Below are positions 18,411-27,890 of a DNA stretch of 64,000 bases, in pieces. The stretch's first letter is position 1. Every line of letters begins with the position of its first letter. The notes below the pieces were generated by a model. It saw only the letters and a list, made by a program, of their open reading frames with translations, was not told the origin of the DNA and searched no databases. Made by a program: the position numbers and the translations under genes. The DNA is taken from contig JAZRGV010000006.1 of assembly GCA_045644465.1 (NCBI GenBank), positions 63,339 through 127,338 of the forward strand. Direction: 5' to 3'. The DNA comes from Bacteroidaceae bacterium (GTDB lineage: Bacteria > Bacteroidota > Bacteroidia > Bacteroidales > Bacteroidaceae).

Positions 18411-20942
18411 TTATCCGCACTTTGAATAACCGCAACTTGGACAGTGGAGGCAACCCTCCTCAAAAATCAGCTGTTGCTTGCAGTTGGGGCACTTCTCTGC
18501 GCTGGATGTGCCGTCTTTCATGTAGCGTTTCAATGCGCGTTCAACACCGTTCTTCCATGTGTTGATGTTGTCTTCGTCAAGTTCAAGCGAAGATATGAGC
18601 TTGATTACCTGTGCAATAGGCATCTTGTATCTCAATACTCCGGAAATCAGTTTGGCATAGTTCCAGAACTCGGGATTGAATCGTTCCGACAGACCTTCTA
18701 TTGTTGTTTTGTAACCAATCTTGTTCTCGAATTGGAAGTCATAGCGTTTTGTGCCGTCTTCGTTGGTATGTTTTATAATTATACCATGTGTTACATTCTT
18801 AGGCAAAGGTATGCCGTCTTCGTCGTCCTGCTGACCGGTAAATATCTCATATGGCTCGCCATTCAATAGTCCAATGAATGCCACCCACTTCTCTTTGTTG
18901 TTCTGGAAACGCACAACATCAGCTTCCAATATTGTTGGTCTCACCTCTGTTATGGTGGGTTTCATTGCTTCGCTCTCTTTCTTCTCTGCTTTGCTTTCTG
19001 TCGATACCAGTACTCCGGCGCGTGAGCCGTCACGATAGACTGTACATCCCTTGCATCCACACTTCCATGCTGTTACATACAGGTCGTTCACAAGTTTCTC
19101 ATCAACATTGTTCGGTAGGTTGATGGTTACGCTTATAGAGTGGTCAACCCACTTCTGTATGCGGCCCTGCATCTCAACCTTGGCAACCCAGTCAATGTCA
19201 TTTGATGTAGCTTTTGCGTATGGTGAACGTGAAACGATGTTATCTATTTCCACTTGTGAGTATCGTTTGGTGGTGTCTATTCCACTCTTTTTCATCCACT
19301 CTACAAACTTATGATGATAAACGATGTATTCTTCAAAAGTGTCGCCGTTCTCGTCTGTGAAATCCACGTGTACTTCTGGATCATTTGGATTTACCTTTCT
19401 ACGTCTTTTATACACAGGCATAAATACAGGCTCGATACCCGATGTTGTCTGTGTCATGATGCTTACAGTACCCGTAGGAGCTATGGTGAGGCAGGCAATA
19501 TTGCGTCGGCCATGCGCTTTCATTTCCTCGTATAGAGCAGGGTCCGCTTCGCGTAGTCTGTTTATGAACGGGTTCTTCTCTTCTCGTTTAATATCGAATA
19601 TCTCAAAAGCGCCACGTTCTTTGGCCAGCTGCACCGATGAAGAGTATGCTGTCAGGGCCAAGGTTTTGTGTACCTCTTCGGAGAATTTGGTAGCCTCTTC
19701 GCTGCCGTATCGCAATCCCATTGCAGCAAGCATATCGCCCTCTGCTGTAATGCCTACGCCTGTTCTACGTCCTTTGCTACTCTTGTCGTATATCTTTTCC
19801 CAAAGTCTCTTCTCGGCTCCCTTCACCTCTTCGCTTTCAGGATCGCTGTCAATTTTGTTCTGTATAGCCTCTATCTTTTCCAGCTCAAGGTCAATTATGT
19901 CGTCCATGATGCGCTGTGTCTTTCTGGCGTGCTCCTTAAACAACTCGAAATCAAAATAAGCCTCAGGTGTAAATGGATTTACAACATATGAGAATAGGTT
20001 TATCGCTATCAGTCGGCACGAATCGTATGGACAGAGCGGAATTTCGCCACATGGATTGGTGGAAACTGTTTCAAAGCCAAGGTCGGCATAGCAGTCGGGG
20101 ATTGATTCGCGTTGTATGGTGTCCCAGAATAAAACACCCGGTTCTGCCGATTTCCATGCGTTGTGGATAATCTTGTTCCATAACTCGTTCGCATTTATCT
20201 CTTTTGCGTATATTGGGTTTTCGGCCTTAATGGGGTATTGCTGTATGTATGGTCTGTTTTCGGTAACAGCTCTCATGAACTCATCATCAATCTTTACCGA
20301 AACATTCGCGCCTGTAACTTTACCCTCTGTCATCTTTGCATCAATGAAAGCCTCAGCATCGGGGTGTTTTATTGATACACTCAACATTAGTGCGCCTCTG
20401 CGTCCGTCCTGAGCAACCTCGCGTGTGGAATTTGAATAACGCTCCATGAATGGCACCAAGCCGGTAGAGGTGAGTGCTGAATTTTTTACAGGAGAGCCTT
20501 TAGGGCGAATATGTGAAAGGTCGTGTCCTACTCCGCCTCGACGTTTCATCAATTGCACCTGCTCTTCATCGATGCGTATGATACCTCCGTATGAATCGGC
20601 TTTGCCGTCCATGCCTATAACAAAGCAGTTCGAAAGTGATGCAATCTGGAAGTCATTTCCAATTCCTGTCATTGGACTGCCCGATGGAATAATATACTTG
20701 AAACGAGCCAAAAGGTCATAAACCTCCTGTGCCGACATTGGGTTACTGTACTTTGCCTCTACTCTTGCAATTTCATTGGCAATTCGCCAATGCATATCTT
20801 CTGGCGATTTTTCGTAGATGGCACCGAAAGAGTCTTTCATGGCATACTTGTTGACCCAAACTCTTGCTGCAAGTTCGTCGCCATTGAAGTACTCAACCGA
20901 CGCTTTGAATGCGTCATCGTAAGTGTAAGTTTTCTTTTCCAC
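18411..20942 (-). CDS. nrdJ: adenosylcobalamin-dependent (class II) ribonucleoside-diphosphate/triphosphate reductase
   Basis: 843 aa with a GTG start. Active-site region STNPCGEIPL, and the C-terminal Cys cluster CPNCKQQLIFEEGCLHCPSCGYSKCG typical of class II RNRs. Confidence 0.9.
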   Translation of the reverse strand: MEKKTYTYDDAFKASVEYFNGDELAARVWVNKYAMKDSFGAIYEKSPEDMHWRIANEIARVEAKYSNPMSAQEVYDLLARFKYIIPSGSPMTGIGNDFQIASLSNCFVIGMDGKADSYGGIIRIDEEQVQLMKRRGGVGHDLSHIRPKGSPVKNSALTSTGLVPFMERYSNSTREVAQDGRRGALMLSVSIKHPDAEAFIDAKMTEGKVTGANVSVKIDDEFMRAVTENRPYIQQYPIKAENPIYAKEINANELWNKIIHNAWKSAEPGVLFWDTIQRESIPDCYADLGFETVSTNPCGEIPLCPYDSCRLIAINLFSYVVNPFTPEAYFDFELFKEHARKTQRIMDDIIDLELEKIEAIQNKIDSDPESEEVKGAEKRLWEKIYDKSSKGRRTGVGITAEGDMLAAMGLRYGSEEATKFSEEVHKTLALTAYSSSVQLAKERGAFEIFDIKREEKNPFINRLREADPALYEEMKAHGRRNIACLTIAPTGTVSIMTQTTSGIEPVFMPVYKRRRKVNPNDPEVHVDFTDENGDTFEEYIVYHHKFVEWMKKSGIDTTKRYSQVEIDNIVSRSPYAKATSNDIDWVAKVEMQGRIQKWVDHSISVTINLPNNVDEKLVNDLYVTAWKCGCKGCTVYRDGSRAGVLVSTESKAEKKESEAMKPTITEVRPTILEADVVRFQNNKEKWVAFIGLLNGEPYEIFTGQQDDEDGIPLPKNVTHGIIIKHTNEDGTKRYDFQFENKIGYKTTIEGLSERFNPEFWNYAKLISGVLRYKMPIAQVIKLISSLELDEDNINTWKNGVERALKRYMKDGTSSAEKCPNCKQQLIFEEGCLHCPSCGYSKCG

Positions 20943-21195
20943 GTTTATATATTTTTTGTCTTTTTGTACTTTCAGATAAACAGCGACTACAAAAATAAAA
21001 ATCTATTTTAAATTTATCAAATAAAAATTCTGTTTGTTGCGATTTTAACATAAAGTTTTCCAAAAATATTTTTAACGCATTGAAAATCAATTATGTTTAT
21101 TTTTGAAATGAACAAAAAGTTTTCCAAAAAAATAATTGCTTTTTATTTTTTTTACAGTATGAATTCTCTTTTTGGTGTTTATGAAATTGTCCAAA

Positions 21196-21236
21196 ATAAC
21201 GTCGGGGCAATGTAAAACACATTGCCCCGACGTTAT
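21196..21236 (-). terminator. rho-independent terminator of dnaA
   Basis: 18-bp perfect stem (ataacgtcggggcaatgt / acattgccccgacgttat) with a 5-nt loop. It starts 14 nt after the dnaA stop, and a T-rich tract follows on the minus strand. Confidence 0.8.
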
Positions 21237-21250
21237 ATCGCAATTCTTTT

Positions 21251-22636
21251 TTATGCGCTTTGGAGTGACAAGTCTATTTCGTTCAGCTCTGTACGGAATT
21301 GCTTGTCGGTGTCTGCAAGGTTTGTGATTGTTTTGCAAGCATGAAGCACTGTCGCATGATCTCTGTTGCCAACGTATTGACCAATCTTTGAAGTTGACAT
21401 ATCAAGATATTTCTTTGCCAAGTACATTGAAATCTGGCGAACAAGTACCACTTCGCGTTTGCGTGAACGTGTGTTAATTGCAGAAACTTCAATACCGTAG
21501 TAGTCGGAAACCTTCTTGATGATATCGTCAATGGTGATGCTCTTCTTTTCGTAGTCCGAAAAGTCTCCTACAATTTTCTTTGCAAGGCTGATATCTATGT
21601 CTGCATTGTTTATTGTAGAGTGAGCCATAATTGACACTACAATTCCTTCAAGGTCTCTAATGCTTGCGTTGACGTGCTCGGCAATATATGAGATAACCTC
21701 TTCAGGGAATTTGAGTCCATCCTTATATATTTTGTTACGTAGGATATTCTTGCGCAATTCAAAGTCGGGTTTCTCTATTTCTGCAGTCATTCCCCACTTG
21801 AAACGTGTAATCAGTCTCTCCTCCATGCCTTGCAACTGTGCAGGTGAGCGGTCCGATGTCATAATGAGCTGCTTGCCATTAAGGTGCAAGTGGTTGAATA
21901 TGTGGAAGAATGCGTTCTGTGTCTTTTGCAAACCGGCAAATTCCTGGATATCGTCAATGATGAGAACGTCGATGCTTTGATAGAATCTCATGAAGTCATT
22001 GAAATTCTTTTGCAGGATAGAATCGGTGTATTGTACCTGGAAAAGATGCGCCGATACATAAAGTACACGCAATTCGGGATGTTGCTCCTTTATCTTTACA
22101 CCAATGGCATTTACAAGGTGTGTTTTTCCAACACCAGATGCTCCGTGTATAAAGAGGGGATTGAATACTCTGCCCGGTCTGTCAGCAACACTTACTGCAA
22201 CAGAACGTGATAAACGGTTGCTGATACCCTCGATGTAGTTCTCGAAGGTGTAGCGGTTGATAAGCATTGAATCGAGCTCCTGGACAGCTTCTTGCATTGC
22301 TGTGGGGGCATTGTTTCTGCTGTTACATGTACCTTGCTTGTTCGTGTTGCCACTACTTACTTCCATACTGAGGTCATTCTCCTTGTCTGTGAGAATGCTG
22401 TATATCAACTGTGTGCAGTGGCCCATCACTTTATGTACGGTTCTGCACAGCAAGTCCCAGTAGTTTGCTTCGATGAACTCACACACAAAGTTGCTCTTTA
22501 CCTGAATGGTAAGAGTCTCGTTTTCGAACTTGAGTGGCTTTATGTCTGCGAACCAAGTATCGAAATGCTCCTTGGAGATATTGTCGCGAAAAATCTCCAA
22601 GCACTTATTCCACTTTGTTGTTAATTCAGAGTTCAT
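21251..22636 (-). CDS. dnaA: chromosomal replication initiator protein DnaA
   Basis: Walker [11 protein letters not shown], box VII/sensor motifs, and C-terminal DNA-binding domain [14 protein letters not shown] start at ATG 22636 (MNSELTTKW); the track's 22675 is a TTG extension. Confidence 0.95.
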   Translation of the reverse strand: MNSELTTKWNKCLEIFRDNISKEHFDTWFADIKPLKFENETLTIQVKSNFVCEFIEANYWDLLCRTVHKVMGHCTQLIYSILTDKENDLSMEVSSGNTNKQGTCNSRNNAPTAMQEAVQELDSMLINRYTFENYIEGISNRLSRSVAVSVADRPGRVFNPLFIHGASGVGKTHLVNAIGVKIKEQHPELRVLYVSAHLFQVQYTDSILQKNFNDFMRFYQSIDVLIIDDIQEFAGLQKTQNAFFHIFNHLHLNGKQLIMTSDRSPAQLQGMEERLITRFKWGMTAEIEKPDFELRKNILRNKIYKDGLKFPEEVISYIAEHVNASIRDLEGIVVSIMAHSTINNADIDISLAKKIVGDFSDYEKKSITIDDIIKKVSDYYGIEVSAINTRSRKREVVLVRQISMYLAKKYLDMSTSKIGQYVGNRDHATVLHACKTITNLADTDKQFRTELNEIDLSLQSA

Positions 22637-23102
22637 CAATGTTTTGTTTTGCTTATCTTTATTTTGAAAAGGCAAATTAAAAGAGGCACATAAATCAAGG
22701 CCTCTTTATTGTACTTTTCTACTGCAAATATCTGCAAATAAAAAAGAACTTGCAAATCGAAAAAGTTTTCTGTTTTTCTTGATAAAATAAAGTGCTGTTT
22801 ATCAGTGGTTTATATTTTGGGCTTTTGCCAAGGTTGTTATTTTGTGTGAAATTTTTTATACGTTGAAAATCAATAATATACAAACTTTTTTGCACTCTTT
22901 TGGGGGTTTGTGGATGATCCTTTTTTGCGGCTTATTCTTGTTTACCGCTCTTTCTGGATATAGTTTTGGCTTTTACACTCTCTTTTGTTTCTTTATTTAG
23001 AATAAATCTATATAGGTGCAAAAATTTTTTTATTTAAAAATAATTTTGAGAAGAAAATATAGTGGCAAAAACAGTTGTTTTTCTTTCGTGTGTTTATTAA
23101 TA

Positions 23103-23138
23103 TTATAGCGTTTCAACCGGTTGGAAGAAACGCTATAA
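23103..23138 (-). terminator. hairpin downstream of dnaX
   Basis: ttatagcgtttc (23103-23114) pairs with gaaacgctataa (23127-23138). It lies 24 nt after the dnaX stop, with no strong U-run. Confidence 0.5.
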
Positions 23139-23162
23139 TTATGCTCTAAGTATTTTTTTCTA

Positions 23163-24989
23163 TTATCTTGCAATCTCAAGGTTCAGTTTTTGTCGAAGCT
23201 TTTCGATTAAAGGATTCTTTTCTTTTAGCATCTCGTATTGCTTTCCTTTGTCGCTGGTGTGTCTTTCGACGATAACCTTGTTAACCTTGACAATCATTTT
23301 TAAACTTGTATTATCGAGGTCCTTTTGCATTCCTCTTATAATGCGTGACGATTCCTTCTCGAAAAGCTCGGCTGCCATCTGGTTATCTACAGAGATTGTG
23401 AATGATATATTGTCCTCATTCATTGTCGGTACAATTATCTTCATTCTGTCTGCAAGCGCCCTTTCATTCTCGGGAAGTTGCAAAGCAAACGAGGTCCATG
23501 CCTGGTTAAGCATGTCGTTCGTTATTACTTTCTTTATTTCTAAATTTTTAACAGTGTGACTATTTGCTGTCTCTGTAGCTGCTGGTACAGAACCATTTTC
23601 TGTTGCGGGGCTACTTATACCTCTCGATCTACGGAACATCCCTCCGATACTGGTGGAATCGTTTCGCTTGGTTTGTAGTTCGCTTGGTCTGCCCTGTATT
23701 ACATTGGTTGCGGCAGGAGCAACGTTGGTTGTTGTGGGCTGTGGGGTAGTCTGTTGTGATGTCTCTTTGGGTTGTTGTGTTGCCGCAACTGCTGGTGTGT
23801 TGGTATTCTGCTGTGTGGCAACCTCTTTTTTTTCTATATTATGGAATATTGGTTTTAATGTTTTCGGGCGTCGCCCACTGCCATCATCGCTGTCGCTGTC
23901 ACCGCACTGCACAAGTTCAATCAGCGTAAGCTCAATTAGCAGGCGTTTGTTGCGGCTGGTGCGATAATTCATACAACAGTTGCTACAAATTTTTATAGCC
24001 TTGAACAGTAGCTGCGGCTTGCATCTTTTGGCTTGCTCTATATATCTGTTGCGTAGCTCTGTGCTGCCTTCGAAAAGTGTGGCTGTGGCTTCATCGCTGA
24101 TTACGAGAAGGTCTCTGAAGTGTGCAGCTGCACCTTCGATAAAAATATTTCCTTCAAAACCTTTATTCAGGATTTCATTGAATAGCAAAAGGCATTGTGA
24201 GACCTTCTTTTCGAGTATGAAATCGGTTAGTCTAAAGTAGTATTCGTAATCAAGAACATTAAGGCTTTCAATTACTTTGTTGTATGTAAGGTCACCTTGT
24301 GTGAAACTTGCCATCTGGTCGAACAGCGACAATGCGTCACGCATGCAGCCGTCTGATTTTTGTGCAATGATGCGCAGCGCTTCGTATTCTGTATTTATTC
24401 TCTCTTTGTTGGCAATGTTCTGAAGATGTGATATGATGTCGGCAACATCAATACGGCTGAAATCATATATCTGACAACGTGACAAGATGGTTGGGATAAT
24501 CTTGTGCTTTTCGGTTGTTGCTAATATAAATATAGCATGTGCAGGTGGCTCTTCCAGTGTTTTTAGGAATGCGTTGAATGCTGCTTGTGAGAGCATATGC
24601 ACCTCGTCGATGATATATACCTTGTACTTTCCAATCTGGGGCGGTATGCGCACCTGTTCATTCAGTGAGCGGATGTCTTCGACCGAGTTATTGCTTGCCG
24701 CATCGAGTTCGTAAATGGAATATGAGCGTTGTTCGTTGAACGAACGGCACGATTCGCATTCGTTACATGGCTCGCCGTCGGCAGTGAGTGCCTGGCAGTT
24801 TATTGTCTTTGCGAAGATACGCGCGCAAGTAGTTTTACCTACTCCGCGTGGCCCGCAGAACAGGTAGGCGTGTGCCAACTTGCCTGTCTGAATGGCGTTC
24901 TTGAGCGTTGTGGTCAAGGATTTTTGTGACACTACCGACTCAAACGTGTCGGGACGGTATTTTCTTGCCGAAACTATGTAGTTCTCCAT
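23163..24989 (-). CDS. dnaX: DNA polymerase III subunit gamma/tau
   Basis: 608 aa. Walker A GPRGVGKTT, zinc module CNECESC, and a Pro/Thr/Gln-rich linker before the C-terminal tau domains. Confidence 0.95.
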   Translation of the reverse strand: MENYIVSARKYRPDTFESVVSQKSLTTTLKNAIQTGKLAHAYLFCGPRGVGKTTCARIFAKTINCQALTADGEPCNECESCRSFNEQRSYSIYELDAASNNSVEDIRSLNEQVRIPPQIGKYKVYIIDEVHMLSQAAFNAFLKTLEEPPAHAIFILATTEKHKIIPTILSRCQIYDFSRIDVADIISHLQNIANKERINTEYEALRIIAQKSDGCMRDALSLFDQMASFTQGDLTYNKVIESLNVLDYEYYFRLTDFILEKKVSQCLLLFNEILNKGFEGNIFIEGAAAHFRDLLVISDEATATLFEGSTELRNRYIEQAKRCKPQLLFKAIKICSNCCMNYRTSRNKRLLIELTLIELVQCGDSDSDDGSGRRPKTLKPIFHNIEKKEVATQQNTNTPAVAATQQPKETSQQTTPQPTTTNVAPAATNVIQGRPSELQTKRNDSTSIGGMFRRSRGISSPATENGSVPAATETANSHTVKNLEIKKVITNDMLNQAWTSFALQLPENERALADRMKIIVPTMNEDNISFTISVDNQMAAELFEKESSRIIRGMQKDLDNTSLKMIVKVNKVIVERHTSDKGKQYEMLKEKNPLIEKLRQKLNLEIAR

Positions 24990-25211
24990 GATTTTTATAA
25001 AATACGAGATTGTTGTTACGCAAAGATACTAAGAAAACTGCGAGATTTGAAACAAGAGGCTTCTTTTTTTATTTTTTCCTGTTGCAGTTATGCAATATGA
25101 AAAGAAAACCTTTCCTTGTAACAATATTTATATGTTTTTTATATTGCCACACTCCGTTTTTCCGTATTTTTTTATACTTTTGTTTTTGAATTGTAAATAT
25201 GTGTATGCTAT

Positions 25212-25514
25212 ATGTTTAATAGAATAAAGCCTGTTTTTAGTTGGATTATAAGGCATAAGTATATTTCAGTTTCTATAGTGTTTTTTCTTATTATTCTCGT
25301 ATTTGACGACAATAATCTGATAAAGCATTATAAGAACAAATCAATTATCGCAGAGCTTGAGGATGAGATTGCAGCGATGAAACGTGATTCGGCCGAGATT
25401 GTCAAGCGTCAGAATCAACTCGATTATAGAGGTGATGTAAAGATGATTGAGGATCTTGCCCGTGAAAAATATGGTATGCATAAGGCCAATGAAGAGGTAT
25501 TTATAATAGAATGA
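25212..25514 (+). CDS. septum formation initiator family protein (FtsB/DivIC-like)
   Basis: 100 aa: one TM helix, then a coiled coil (ELEDEIAAMKRDSAEIVKRQNQL) and EDLAREKYGM. Confidence 0.75.
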   Translation: MFNRIKPVFSWIIRHKYISVSIVFFLIILVFDDNNLIKHYKNKSIIAELEDEIAAMKRDSAEIVKRQNQLDYRGDVKMIEDLAREKYGMHKANEEVFIIE

Positions 25515-25521
25515 TTATATT

Positions 25522-25851
25522 ATGAAATTGGTTAAGATATTATACTTTTTGGGTGCGCTGCTTCTGTTGCTCGGTGCTGTAGCAAGAATGTTCCTTCCCG
25601 AGTATTATGCCTATATATATATATTAGGTGCATCCCTTTTTGCTGTGATGCAGTTTCTGTTACGTCCCCGAGGTCGTTCTGTGATTCTTCGCCGTCTTGT
25701 AATGCAACAGCAACTTGCCGGTCTGCTGTTTGTAGGGGCCGGTGTGTTGATGTTTACCCATAATCACAATGAGTGGATGATGGTGCTTACCTGCGGTGCT
25801 TTGCTTGAACTTTATACAGCCTATCGTATTCCTCAAGAATTTAATAAGTAA
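25522..25851 (+). CDS. hypothetical small integral membrane protein
   Basis: 109 aa with about 4 hydrophobic helices. It lies 8 nt after the FtsB-like gene. Confidence 0.6.
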   Translation: MKLVKILYFLGALLLLLGAVARMFLPEYYAYIYILGASLFAVMQFLLRPRGRSVILRRLVMQQQLAGLLFVGAGVLMFTHNHNEWMMVLTCGALLELYTAYRIPQEFNK

Positions 25852-25869
25852 AAGAGATGGTATTATGAT

Positions 25870-25909
25870 AAGAGGAGGGGGAGCAACGTATGTTGCTCCC
25901 CCTCCTCTT
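25870..25909. terminator. bidirectional rho-independent terminator
   Basis: aagaggagggggagcaac gtat gttgctccccctcctctt forms a perfect 18-bp stem with a 4-nt loop between convergent genes. Confidence 0.85.
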
Positions 25910-25911
25910 GA

Positions 25912-26727
25912 TTAGTTTGGTAATCTGAAAATGTGACTAATGGAGTCACCCCAAACATAATCGGCCAGCTGTGGATAGTCTATGTAAGGGTTGCGGTTGC
26001 CCTGTATCATAAACACTGCATTGTTCCGGCTTATTTCCGTTGTGCTCACAGGGTCTTGCTTGTGCCATTTAAGAAGCATTTCTACAGCCCATGGTTTCAG
26101 TGTTGGGTATGTGCTGTACTCGTAGTTCATCCATGTGTAAGTCCAAGTAAGGTCTTGGTAGCATGTGAACATATACATAAGTATGCGTGCAAAATCTCCC
26201 TTATACTCGTCGCATGGTTCATAGGCATTTTGTATGTTGCCGTCTATCTCTGCTTTGCCTACATATGTCACACCGTTTTCCCATCTTATGCTTTTTAACT
26301 CTCCAGGTGGATAGTTGTTCTTTCTTATATTTGCAATGGCATCTGCAGGGTTCAAGTGGTGTAGGTCGTGATATGCGTTGTTCTTTACGCCTCCCCACCA
26401 GCTTTTTGCTACGCAGTGTTCTATATGCATTCCTGGTACGCTTTCACCCTGCTTGTTGAACAGGTATTCGTTGCTGGAGTATCTGTCTATGACATTGTGC
26501 TTTCCTGCCTTCTCTATTGCATCGGTGATGTAGAATGCGTACCATGTTCTGTTTCCGCCACTTCCATAACCAATTCTGGCATGCTCCTTTATGATATTGT
26601 GCAAAGCATCTTTCATAAATGCACCGCCCTTTACACCGTCAATGCTTTCGAAATATTCGTGCTGTGCAAATAGGGTGAAGGTGAATATCTGTAAAAACAG
26701 AGTCAGTATGGCTCTTTGCTTAGTCAT
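25912..26727 (-). CDS. endonuclease I family secreted nuclease
   Basis: 271 aa with a signal peptide. Motifs: HIEHCVAKSWWGG..AYHDLHHLNPADAIANIRKNNYP..NRNPYIDYP. Confidence 0.8.
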   Translation of the reverse strand: MTKQRAILTLFLQIFTFTLFAQHEYFESIDGVKGGAFMKDALHNIIKEHARIGYGSGGNRTWYAFYITDAIEKAGKHNVIDRYSSNEYLFNKQGESVPGMHIEHCVAKSWWGGVKNNAYHDLHHLNPADAIANIRKNNYPPGELKSIRWENGVTYVGKAEIDGNIQNAYEPCDEYKGDFARILMYMFTCYQDLTWTYTWMNYEYSTYPTLKPWAVEMLLKWHKQDPVSTTEISRNNAVFMIQGNRNPYIDYPQLADYVWGDSISHIFRLPN

Positions 26728-26762
26728 TTTAATGATTTACCTGCGTTGTTGTACTCTTTTTG

Positions 26763-27254
26763 TCAAGATGCAAGTTCAATAACTTCCAACTCTTTTATCT
26801 CTTTACCATCTATGGTGAATTTTATCAGTGTGCGTACTTGTTGCCAGCCTTGTTTGCCGGATGCTCCGGGGTTGATGTGTAGGCAGTTTATGAGATTGTC
26901 GTATTTTACTTTAAGTATATGTGAATGTCCGGCAATGAATATGTCTGGTTTTTCGTTGTATATGGCACTTCTTATTGATGAATCGTATTTGCCGGGATAT
27001 CCGCCTATGTGCTTTATCATTACGGTGCACTCTTCGATTTTGAATCGTAGTACTTCGCAGAAGCGTGTACGCTGCTCTTGTCCGTCAATATTTCCATATA
27101 CGGCTCGTACCGGGCAAATCTCTTCCAGGCGGTCGATAATCAGTCCACTGCCAATGTCGCCTGCATGCCATATCTCGTCGCAGTCGGCGAAATGGAGAGC
27201 ATATTTTTCGTCCCAGTAATTATGAGTGTCAGATAGAACTCCAATTCTTTTCAT
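26763..27254 (-). CDS. metallophosphoesterase, YfcE/MJ0936 family
   Basis: MKRIGVLSDTHNYWD..WHAGDIG..GNIDG..IAGHSH. ATG 27254 overlaps the upstream stop by 1 nt. Confidence 0.85.
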   Translation of the reverse strand: MKRIGVLSDTHNYWDEKYALHFADCDEIWHAGDIGSGLIIDRLEEICPVRAVYGNIDGQEQRTRFCEVLRFKIEECTVMIKHIGGYPGKYDSSIRSAIYNEKPDIFIAGHSHILKVKYDNLINCLHINPGASGKQGWQQVRTLIKFTIDGKEIKELEVIELAS

Positions 27255-27871
27255 CAAACAAAGCGGCTTTTTATGAAGCTATGCAAAAGTTTAACAGTAC
27301 CATCAATTCCCATACGTGATGAGTTTATGCAAATGTCGTAGCTGCGTGCCTCACCCCAATGTGTTGATGCGTAGTAGTCGTGGTATGAGCGACGTTTCTT
27401 GTCGCCTTTTTCTATTAATTCTACAGCTTTGTCATATTCGATGTTTTCTGTATTCATTACACGCTTAATACGGTCTTTTGTGTCAGCTGTTATGAATATA
27501 CTTATCATATTGGGGTTGTTTCGCAAAACATATTCAGCACATCGTCCCACTATTATGCAGTTCTCTTTTTCTGCAATGTCCCTTATGGTTTCACTTTGAA
27601 TTTCAAATAGCTTGTCATTCTCTATATAACTGCCATTGGGAATGTAGTCGCTCATTGAACCATGTATGCTGAATAGTCCGCTGAAGAAACTTCTATGCTC
27701 TTGTTCGTCGGCTGTTTCAAAGAAAGTGGTGTCAAGTCCGCTCTCTTTTGCTGCGACTTCAAGTAACACCTTATCGTAAACCTTAATGTTTAATAATTCT
27801 CCCAGCTTTTCGGCAATCTCTTTACCTCCACTGCCAAGTTGTCGTCCTATGGAAATGATGAAATTTTTCAT
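27254..27871 (-). CDS. cytidylate kinase-like family protein (P-loop)
   Basis: 205 aa with N-terminal IISIGRQLGSGGKEIAEKL, typical of the cytidylate-kinase-like family. Confidence 0.7.
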   Translation of the reverse strand: MKNFIISIGRQLGSGGKEIAEKLGELLNIKVYDKVLLEVAAKESGLDTTFFETADEQEHRSFFSGLFSIHGSMSDYIPNGSYIENDKLFEIQSETIRDIAEKENCIIVGRCAEYVLRNNPNMISIFITADTKDRIKRVMNTENIEYDKAVELIEKGDKKRRSYHDYYASTHWGEARSYDICINSSRMGIDGTVKLLHSFIKSRFV

Positions 27872-27890
27872 ATTTTTTGCGTTTTAAGGT

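Noticed and set aside
20943-21250. Cobalamin riboswitch upstream of the B12-dependent ribonucleotide reductase nrdJ
   Set aside because: The leader is AT-rich and lacks GC-rich helices or anything resembling the conserved B12 box. Biologically, B12 riboswitches usually control B12-independent isozymes or transporters, not the B12-dependent enzyme.
22637-22675. N-terminal extensions suggested by the ORF track (dnaA from 22675, pdxB from 14486, MATE from 29363, C26-M19 from 6930)
   Set aside because: Each extension begins at a TTG and adds non-conserved residues upstream of an ATG that matches the canonical family N-terminus. The extensions also overlap neighbouring promoters, hairpins or genes.
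23826-23833. A8 run (gaa aaa aaa gag) in dnaX at the domain III / linker boundary, as a tau/gamma frameshift or transcriptional-slippage site
   Set aside because: I read both shifted frames by hand. The -1 frame stays open for more than 60 codons, and the +1 frame runs 41 codons before a stop. In known gamma-producing sites a stop follows almost immediately. No downstream stimulatory hairpin is evident. I cannot exclude it, but the sequence does not support it.
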